From NCBI GenBank assembly GCA_030446465.1, contig JAUJNI010000003.1:61543-85542 (forward strand): a DNA stretch of 24,000 bases, written 5' to 3'. The DNA is from Actinomycetota bacterium (GTDB lineage: Bacteria > Actinomycetota > CADDZG01 > WHSQ01). Made by a program: the position numbers and the translations under genes. Under the pieces are notes generated by a model. It saw nothing but the letters and a program-made list of their open reading frames with translations, searched no databases and was not told where the DNA came from. The stretch's first letter is position 1, and each line of letters begins with the position of its first letter. Of the stretch, positions 10,213-16,417 are shown piece by piece.

Positions 10213-10329
10213 CTATGCCCGATTGAATCTCCTCTTCGATCTTCCCTGTGTCCAGCACCTGGGTGCAGCCACCCAGAAAGGCCCGGATAGTAAGAAAGTC
10301 ACGGCTGCGATAAGAGCCCGAGCGGTCAT
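10213..10329 (-). CDS. Possible 38-aa hydrophobic small protein
   Basis: ATG at 10329 is preceded by AAGGAGG with a 4-nt spacer. The peptide is MTARALIAAVTFLLSGPFWVAAPRCWTQGRSKRRFNRA, one TM-like segment plus a basic tail. It lies between the tRNA and the flavoprotein gene on the same strand. Confidence 0.35.
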   Translation of the reverse strand: MTARALIAAVTFLLSGPFWVAAPRCWTQGRSKRRFNRA

Positions 10330-10458
10330 GGCCCCTCCTTCTTTGTCGTCGTGTGGCTTGTCCTCACCCCACTGCGTAAAGCTACAGGCTAGGCCCCTCG
10401 GCACACCTGCGGGGTCACCCACCAGCAACGCTCTCAGTAGGAACACGACAACAATCAG

Positions 10459-10531
10459 TGCCCTGGGCAGGATTCGAACCTGCGACACCCGGTTTAGGAA
10501 ACCGGTGCTCTCTCCCCTGAGCTACCAGGGC
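10459..10531 (-). tRNA. tRNA-Arg (anticodon CCT)
   Basis: The minus strand reads GCCCTGG TA GCTC AGGGGAGA GAGC A CCGGT TTCCTAA ACCGG GTGTC GCAGG TTCGAAT CCTGC CCAGGGC A. This is a full cloverleaf with a 7-bp acceptor stem, TTCGAAT T-loop and anticodon CCT. CCA is not encoded. Confidence 0.9.
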
Positions 10532-10565
10532 CAGGGCGGGACTTGGCCAAATGGTGGGACAAAAC
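10531..10565. repeat. Direct repeat copy A (35 bp) beginning at the 5' end of tRNA-Arg
   Basis: ccagggcgggacttggccaaatggtGggacaaaac matches 16508-16542 with one mismatch. It contains the TTGGCCAA palindrome. Confidence 0.85.
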
Positions 10566-10699
10566 TACTCGCGGACCAGGCTCAAGACAGCTTTCCCACG
10601 TTAGAAGCCAGCTAAGGGCGACCGTGAGCCGGTCAATCGGGGTGTGACGCCGCGTCCCACCAACGTCGAACTGTCTCAGCCTCTCAATAGGTTGCTCTT

Positions 10700-10990
10700 A
10701 TGACTCCGGATGAGGAACTTGAGAAGGTGCTCGCCGCCTTCGTTCGGCGACGTCCGAAAGACGTGAGATTGTCGCCGCTCGAGGTGCTTGAGATCGTCAC
10801 CCGGGACGCCTTCAGGTGTCGGATCTGCGGCAGGTCCGTGGATGCCCAACCACGCCGTGTCATTCGTCTCGAGGGAGACCAGGCGGGCAGCGGAGCCGAA
10901 CAGATGATTACGGTTTGCGACGGGTGTCGACACCGGCTACTGATGGAGCGCTTCAGCCACAGGACTGAAGGGAGTTCGGATGACGAGTGA
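10700..10990 (+). CDS. Hypothetical zinc-ribbon protein (two CxxC pairs; degenerate HNH-like layout)
   Basis: 96-aa ORF with CRIC ... CDGC. No clear SD. First ORF inside the repeat-bounded segment. Confidence 0.4.
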   Translation: MTPDEELEKVLAAFVRRRPKDVRLSPLEVLEIVTRDAFRCRICGRSVDAQPRRVIRLEGDQAGSGAEQMITVCDGCRHRLLMERFSHRTEGSSDDE

Positions 10991-11152
10991 CTTGCAACTC
11001 ACGGCGGCGTCGATCGTTGATGCGTTCGGCGCCCAGGGTGGTCCGTCGGCGAACGTGGTTCCTTCACGATAGAGACCCACGTCCGGGACGTTCAACGCCT
11101 TACCCCGTGTCCCCGGGCGCGGGGCAGTAACGCCGCTCAAGATGACCGCTGG

Positions 11153-11386
11153 TTAAGGGAGTTCCTCTTCCGCTGTGGTTAGGACCATGTGTAGGAGCCG
11201 ACGGCGACTCTCGCGATATTCATCACCTAGGTTGACGTGTCCGCCGTTCCGGGGCCAGAGGTCGCCATCGCTTGACAGCGCGAAGACGAGGTCTCGGCGG
11301 TCGTAGTCGTAGTTCCCGACGAAGAGGATCTTCGCTGCAGCGAACTTAGAACCCTGGGAACGGACCCACTCCGCCGCGGCAGGCAT
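11153..11386 (-). CDS. Hypothetical protein
   Basis: 77-aa ORF with no recognisable motif. Upstream in-frame sequence looks non-coding. Confidence 0.25.
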   Translation of the reverse strand: MPAAAEWVRSQGSKFAAAKILFVGNYDYDRRDLVFALSSDGDLWPRNGGHVNLGDEYRESRRRLLHMVLTTAEEELP

Positions 11387-11593
11387 CTTGTCGAGCCCGT
11401 CGGGCGCCTCACCGCGCTCGACCTCGCTCCAGTCGTTCCACGCCGTCCACCGAGGTCGCGAGGCGCAGGTAGAGCTCGGCGTCCGAGTAGACCGAGCGCC
11501 TCGGACGCCTTCGCGTTCTGGCGGGACCAGTTCGATGGACGAGCGGCGAGTAACGCTTCTGGTATGGCGGCGGCGCGCTGCGCTCTGCGCCCC

Positions 11594-12625
11594 CTATCCG
11601 TGCCGGGCTCGGAGTCGTCCCTGCTTCGCCGCCATTCGCACCGGTACGAGGAGGAAGAGCGCGCCGAGCAGGATGACTGCCGCAGCCGGCAATGCGCCAC
11701 CGATCGGCACCCCTGGCGGCTTTCCGCTGATCACGGAGCGCTCGCCGACGATGAATGCGAACACGCCTGCGAAGTAGAGAAGCTCCCTCACGACCGCTTG
11801 TGCGGCACCCCTCTGGTTTCGCACCGCAAATTTGTAGCCTCCTCGCACGACGACGAGGAAGACGGCGGCCGCGACCCATAGCGCGAGTCCGTCGCCGTTG
11901 CCTTTGAATCCGGTGCGGAATCCGTTCGCCCCGAGCACGAGATTGTTCAGCGCGCCGTACATCATCACGGCAAGGCCGCCGACGAGCAGGAGCTCCGTCG
12001 CGAGTGGGCCCAGGAAACGGAACGCGGCGCTGCCCCGTCGATCTCCGCGGACCGCGGCCTTCAGCGCCCCGCGCAGCACGACCAGCACGAGCATGCCGGT
12101 GATCGTCAGACCGAGGAAGCTGACCCAGTTCCACTTCGGCGTCATCAGGCGTTCGTTGCCGATCTGTCCGAGCCCGATCCCGAGCAAGATCGTGCCGACG
12201 GCGAGAATCACGCCGTCCGGGACGAAGTAGCTCACCCGCTCGGCTCTCCGCGCCTCCGGCGTGAGTGCGAAAGCGATCCCGCCGAGCACCAAGCCGATCG
12301 GGACGGTCACGAACTGAGCGACCGCGATCGAGTATCCGACACCGCCTTCGTGGAACTCCGTGTTCGTGACGGCGAGATAGACGAGCGAGGCCAGCAGCGT
12401 GAGCCCTCCCGCCGTCATCGCTGCATGCGCGCCTCTCGCGAGCAGCAACGTCCCACCAATTGTCGCCAGCGCTCCGGCCACGGCCTCTGCGGCTCGCGGA
12501 CCCGCATCGACGGGAGCGATGAACGCCATCGCCGCCATCGCTCCCCCGAGCGCGAGGCCGCCGAAGCCGAGCGCTTTCGCACTGCCCATCACTGATCCCG
12601 TGAACGTGGTCTCGGCCGTGGTCAT
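11594..12625 (-). CDS. Polytopic integral membrane protein of unknown family (about 10 predicted TM segments)
   Basis: 343 aa, Gly/Ala/Leu-rich hydrophobic segments throughout. ATG at 12625 preceded by AGGAG with a 5-nt spacer. The Arg-rich 420-aa ORF in another frame of the same strand is a shadow ORF. Confidence 0.75.
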   Translation of the reverse strand: MTTAETTFTGSVMGSAKALGFGGLALGGAMAAMAFIAPVDAGPRAAEAVAGALATIGGTLLLARGAHAAMTAGGLTLLASLVYLAVTNTEFHEGGVGYSIAVAQFVTVPIGLVLGGIAFALTPEARRAERVSYFVPDGVILAVGTILLGIGLGQIGNERLMTPKWNWVSFLGLTITGMLVLVVLRGALKAAVRGDRRGSAAFRFLGPLATELLLVGGLAVMMYGALNNLVLGANGFRTGFKGNGDGLALWVAAAVFLVVVRGGYKFAVRNQRGAAQAVVRELLYFAGVFAFIVGERSVISGKPPGVPIGGALPAAAVILLGALFLLVPVRMAAKQGRLRARHG

Positions 12626-12848
12626 TCAGGCTCCTGTCATAGGTGATAATGTCCTCTCCCGAGATTAGCATACCTAAAAAAAATATTAGACATACCTAAA
12701 AGAGGCCAAGGAGGGTGAAGCCGCGTTCGCATGGCGAGAGCGTCTTCATCACCCGTGCACATGAGGGGCAACCATCTTGAAGAGCGATCCGGTACCGCGA
12801 GATCCCGAAACTCATACGATTGAATCGCCACCTACAGCGTCCGTATGA
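12626..12848. promoter_or_regulatory. Divergent intergenic/promoter region with an AT-rich tandem direct repeat
   Basis: The only strongly AT-rich stretch I noticed in the window. ATTAGCATACCTAAAA (12664-12679) and ATTAGACATACCTAAAA (12685-12701) are spaced about 21 bp apart, between divergently oriented genes. Confidence 0.5.
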
Positions 12849-13250
12849 GTGATGAGAGTCAGAGAGCAGCTCGCGCCTCGTCCCCCTGACGGAGAGAATA
12901 CGCGCGCTCCCGCCACGGTTCGCCGCGGTGCTGCAAGGGGTATAGCCGCCGGACTCGTAGCGATCGGGTGCTGCGTTGGCCCGGTTGTCGCGGCACTCCT
13001 GGGGTTGATGAGTGCGGCAGCTGCGGCCGATCTAGCTAACGATCTTTACGCCGACTGGGGATGGGCATTCAAGGTCGCCGGCGCGGTCTTCGGTGGCGCT
13101 GCGTTGCTCGCGGCGCGCAGGCACGCAAGAGCGTGCAGGCTTGAAGATCGGTCGATCATTCCATTTGCCCTCGTCTTGGTAGCGACTGGAACCGTGACGT
13201 ATCTCGTGCTCTACGCGGCCACAACGTCGCTCGGACGGGCAGCAACGTGA
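12849..13250 (+). CDS. MerT-like three-TM membrane protein with a vicinal Cys pair in TM1
   Basis: LVAIGCCVGPVVAALLG resembles the MerT TM1 motif (..CCLGPLVL..). There are two more TM segments with a Cys (HARAC) in the loop between them. The start is uncertain (GTG 12849 or ATG 12852). Confidence 0.55.
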   Translation: MMRVREQLAPRPPDGENTRAPATVRRGAARGIAAGLVAIGCCVGPVVAALLGLMSAAAAADLANDLYADWGWAFKVAGAVFGGAALLAARRHARACRLEDRSIIPFALVLVATGTVTYLVLYAATTSLGRAAT

Positions 13251-13420
13251 TGGTGGAACTACTCCTCCCTCGGACGGACGGCGGCGTGGCCGCCCAGATC
13301 GGGCTTACGTTCCTGTTGCTCGGGCCCCTGCCGTATCTGCTGATCAGGGGCAGCCACAAAGATGCCACCTGGGTCACCGGTGGCTTCGGCGCGATATGGG
13401 CAGTGTTCACTGCTCTTTAG
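13250..13420 (+). CDS. 56-aa two-TM small membrane protein (not in the supplied ORF track)
   Basis: ATG 13250 overlaps the upstream TGA (TGATG). The peptide is MVELLLPRTDGGVAAQIGLTFLLLGPLPYLLIRGSHKDATWVTGGFGAIWAVFTAL. High third-position GC; TAG at 13418-13420. Confidence 0.45.
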   Translation: MVELLLPRTDGGVAAQIGLTFLLLGPLPYLLIRGSHKDATWVTGGFGAIWAVFTAL

Positions 13421-13480
13421 GACGCTTCATTGACGATCGGCGAATCGCACGAGGTCAACGGCTTGAACAAGGAGAAGCGC

Positions 13481-14911
13481 ATGCAGGAGGCGGGACCTAA
13501 GTCCGACGTGAAGCTTGGAACCACGCATTCTCTCTGCCCGCGCTGTAAGCGCGTGGTCCCCGCTGACATCGTCGAACGCGACGGTCGCATCGTCATGATC
13601 AAGGAGTGCCCCAAGCACGGGGTCTCAGAAGCACTCACCTGCTCGGACGCCGAGTGGTATCGGTGGAGCCGTCGCTTCCAGCGTCCGGGCAGACCTCCGG
13701 TGCACCGAGCCACAGAGACCCACCTCGGCTGCCCGTATGATTGCGGCTTCTGCCCCGAGCACGAGCAACATGCGTGCGTGACGCTTTTCGAGATCACGCA
13801 GGCATGCAATCTGGAATGTCCTGCTTGCTTCGCCGCAAGCCCGCACGGTCGACATTCCACGATGGAGGAGATCGACTCGATGCTCGATGCCGTAACGCTT
13901 GCGGAGGGCGGTCCCGCGGACGTGGTGATGCTCTCGGGTGGAGAACCAACTATCCACCCGCAGTTCGAGGAGATCGTCGCGCACGTGGCAGGGTCCGGAC
14001 GCGTTAAGCACCTCATGGTGAACTCGAACGGGATCCGTTTCTCACGCGATCCGAAGCTGTGCGACTTGCTCGCTGCGAATCAGGTCAAGGTGTACCTACA
14101 GTTCGACGGCCTGGAAAGTGGATCGCTCGAGATGTTGCGTGGGAGTGATCTCGTTGCGACGAAGCTAGAGGCACTCGACCAGCTCGGCAAGGCCGGAGTC
14201 ACCGTTGTCTTGGTAGCGACGATAGCGAAAGGCGTGAACGATCACGAGATCGGAGACATCGTCGATCTCGGCGTTAAACATCCCGCGGTTCGCGCCGTGA
14301 GCTTCCAACCCCAGTTCGGCGAGGGCCGCTGGGTCCCGTTCGATCCGTTAAATCGCACGACAGTGACCGATGTGATCGCCGCGATCGCCGAGCAGACGGG
14401 GGGCACCTTCGAGACGACGGATTTCGTCCCGATCCCCTGTTGCGACCCCATCTGTACAGCGGCTACGTACGCGTGGATACAAGACGGCGACGTCACACCA
14501 CTGCCTCGGATCGTCGATGTCGAGCACTACCTCGACTACATCAAAGATTCCGCTTCTCCCGCGGTTAACCCCGCGCTCGAGGACGATTTCGTGGAGATGC
14601 GAGGGACGCTCGAAACCCTTTACTCGAAATCGAACCCGGCAGGATCCGAGGGCCAGAGTCATGCGTTTACGTGTGCCTGCGGCCCCCTGGTGGACGTAGC
14701 AAACGCTGATCTCTCGATGCGCCTGTTCTCGATCACCATCGAAGCGTTCATGGACCGACATAATTTCGACGTGTCACGAGCGCGTAAGTGCTGTATCCAG
14801 GAGGCGCTCCCCGACGGACGGATCATTCCGTTCTGCGTGTACAACACCCTGCATCGCTTTGCCCCCGGCAAACACGCCCGTCCCCCCGTCGAACAGACAA
14901 CGAACCTGTGA
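13481..14911 (+). CDS. Radical SAM enzyme with N-terminal Cys knuckle and additional Cys clusters (MJ0619 / GDGT-MAS-like architecture)
   Basis: CNLECPAC (CxxxCxxC) at 13805-13828. Upstream are CPRC...CPKHG and CPYDCGFCPEHEQHAC; C-terminally IPCCDPIC, FTCAC and KCCIQEALPDGRIIPFCVYN. ATG 13481 is preceded by AAGGAG with a 6-nt spacer, so I prefer it to TTG 13430. Confidence 0.85.
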   Translation: MQEAGPKSDVKLGTTHSLCPRCKRVVPADIVERDGRIVMIKECPKHGVSEALTCSDAEWYRWSRRFQRPGRPPVHRATETHLGCPYDCGFCPEHEQHACVTLFEITQACNLECPACFAASPHGRHSTMEEIDSMLDAVTLAEGGPADVVMLSGGEPTIHPQFEEIVAHVAGSGRVKHLMVNSNGIRFSRDPKLCDLLAANQVKVYLQFDGLESGSLEMLRGSDLVATKLEALDQLGKAGVTVVLVATIAKGVNDHEIGDIVDLGVKHPAVRAVSFQPQFGEGRWVPFDPLNRTTVTDVIAAIAEQTGGTFETTDFVPIPCCDPICTAATYAWIQDGDVTPLPRIVDVEHYLDYIKDSASPAVNPALEDDFVEMRGTLETLYSKSNPAGSEGQSHAFTCACGPLVDVANADLSMRLFSITIEAFMDRHNFDVSRARKCCIQEALPDGRIIPFCVYNTLHRFAPGKHARPPVEQTTNL

Positions 14912-15723
14912 TCGAGACGGATACGGTCACGAATGAGATCAAGGCGTCGTGTTGTACGACGTGGGAACATCCTGCAGCTCGTCTCCTATTAGGCGACCAT
15001 CTTCACCCCGGAGGCCGCGCTCTTACGGCGGCGACCGTCGATAGCGTCGGAGCAGTTGCCGGCGATGTGGTCCTCGATGTCGGATGCGGAACCGGATCCG
15101 CTGTTCGTCTCATGCAGGAGAGAGGTATCCGGGCTGTAGGCATAGACCTATCGGAGCGCGCGACAAGCGCGGCTTTCGATGCGGGCGCACGCCAACTCGT
15201 TGTCGCCGATGGCGAGCGGCTCCCGTTCTCCAGCACATCCATGGACGGCTCTACGGTGGAGTGCGTCACGTCGCTGTTCACTGACAAGCAGCGGGCGTTC
15301 GGCGAACTCTACCGAGTCCTCAAACCAGGAGGCCGTCTGGCTATGTCCGACGTCGCTCTGGAGAAGCCGTTGCCAACCCTCCTTGAAGGAGCCGCCGCCA
15401 GGTCCTGCTGCATCGGCGGAGCCCTTTCCGTTCGAGGTTACGAGCGCGCCTTATCCGATGCCGGATTCGAGGTGCTGAGGGCGGTCGACCACTCCGACGC
15501 TCTGATCGCGACGATAGAGCAGGTCAGGCGCAGGCTCTCGCTCTTCGAGGTCACCGCCGTCGCAAGTGGTTTCGACCTCTCGGGTCTCGGCGTCTCGTCC
15601 GAAGCTCTAGAGACCGGCCGTACGGTCGCCGCAATGCTGGTCGAGGAAGTGCGGAATGGCGTCCTCGGGTACACCTCTATCACCGCCCGCAAGCCGGGGC
15701 CGGGTCCGTCACGAGACGAGTAG
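14908..15723 (+). CDS. Class I SAM-dependent methyltransferase with two vicinal Cys pairs (ArsM-like features)
   Basis: GTG 14908 overlaps the radical SAM stop (GTGA). VLDVGCGTG SAM motif; CC at 14950-14955 followed by LLLGDHLHPGG; second CC in SCCIGGAL (15406-15411), resembling the ECLGGAL region of As(III) methyltransferases. Confidence 0.85.
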   Translation: MIETDTVTNEIKASCCTTWEHPAARLLLGDHLHPGGRALTAATVDSVGAVAGDVVLDVGCGTGSAVRLMQERGIRAVGIDLSERATSAAFDAGARQLVVADGERLPFSSTSMDGSTVECVTSLFTDKQRAFGELYRVLKPGGRLAMSDVALEKPLPTLLEGAAARSCCIGGALSVRGYERALSDAGFEVLRAVDHSDALIATIEQVRRRLSLFEVTAVASGFDLSGLGVSSEALETGRTVAAMLVEEVRNGVLGYTSITARKPGPGPSRDE

Positions 15724-15731
15724 GTCACGAG

Positions 15732-16286
15732 ATGTTGTTGAAGCAGCCCGCTCCGGAAGTTGGGTTCACCACCCTGGGCGGTGAAGTCATCGAACTCCGT
15801 TCGCTGCGTGGGCGCCGGTCGTCCTGACGTTCCTCCACTATATCGGTTGACTGTTCTGCGAACACCATCTCGTGAAGATGGAAAAGAGGAAGGATCGGTT
15901 CGCAGCGGCGGATGCAAGAGTCCTGGTCGTCTCGTTCGAATCGCCCCACAGGTTGAGTACGCTTCAACAGCGACTGAACCTCTCGTTCACCCTCGTCGTA
16001 GACGAGGGGTCGCCCGGCGTACAGAGCGTTTGGGCTAGGACGCGCTGATTTCGCCAGGACATATCCCGACCCCCGGGTCGCCTGGGGCTACGCCAAGATT
16101 ATCGCCGGCGGCGACCTACCCGATCTGCATCGTGGTCAGGACCGCCGTCAACTAGGGGGTGACTTCGTTCTAGACGCTGACGGGGACATCGCGTTCGCTC
16201 ACCCCGAACGGGGGCCGGAGGATCGAGCTCACGTCGCCGCTCTGACGCGCAGCAGTGCCGCAGGCTTAGGATCCCGTGGCCCGTAG
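15732..16286 (+). pseudogene. Prx-like2 / AhpC-TSA-family redoxin, disrupted (two frameshifts, TGA at the first Cys of CxxC)
   Basis: Three frame segments join into a redoxin-like sequence. The first is MLLKQPAPEVGFTTLGGEVIELRSLRG (frame of 15732). The second is PVVLTFLHYIG*LFCEHHLVKM...LNLSFTLVVDE (frame of 15812, TGA at 15848-15850). The third is RPAYRAFGLGRADF...QLGGDFVLDADGDIAFAH (frame of 16002, TAG 16284-16286). Confidence 0.7.
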
Positions 16287-16417
16287 GGCGCCGAAGCTTC
16301 GAATCGCTATCTTGCGAACGAGGGACCCCCGAACAAGTCGGCGCAATCGCGGCTGAAAGGGGCCTCTCGAGTTTAGCCGACCTACACCTTCCGACCGCCA
16401 GACGAGCGTCGTCGCCT

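Noticed and set aside
10937-11140. 67-aa minus-strand ORF overlapping the end of the zinc-ribbon ORF
   Set aside because: No start context and no motif, and it overlaps another candidate ORF. It may be a remnant fused with 11153-11386, but I cannot support it.
11409-12671. 420-aa Arg-rich ORF on the minus strand
   Set aside because: It is a shadow ORF of the 343-aa membrane protein gene in another frame of the same strand. Its composition (poly-R/G/A/D) is typical of out-of-frame translation of GC-rich DNA.
12706-12848. Small ORFs after the AAGGAGG at 12707-12713 (21-aa GTG ORF; 31-aa ATG ORF at 12729)
   Set aside because: The SD spacing is wrong for both (about 0-1 nt and about 16 nt), and the peptides are not protein-like. 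I treat the stretch as an untranslated leader.
12849-13250. A canonical mercury-resistance (mer) operon
   Set aside because: Only a MerT-like CC-motif membrane protein is present. No MerR, MerP, MerA or MerB-like ORFs occur in the window, so it is not a standard mer locus.
13430-13480. TTG 13430 as the radical SAM start
   Set aside because: ATG 13481 has a canonical AAGGAG 6 nt upstream. The TTG has none and lies only 10 nt after the preceding stop. This remains possible but is less likely.
14788-14907. Upstream start (14788) for the methyltransferase, overlapping 124 nt of the radical SAM gene
   Set aside because: The overlapped part translates to an Arg/Pro-rich non-protein-like sequence. 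GTG 14908 gives a clean GTGA stop/start coupling and precedes the conserved N-terminal CC motif.
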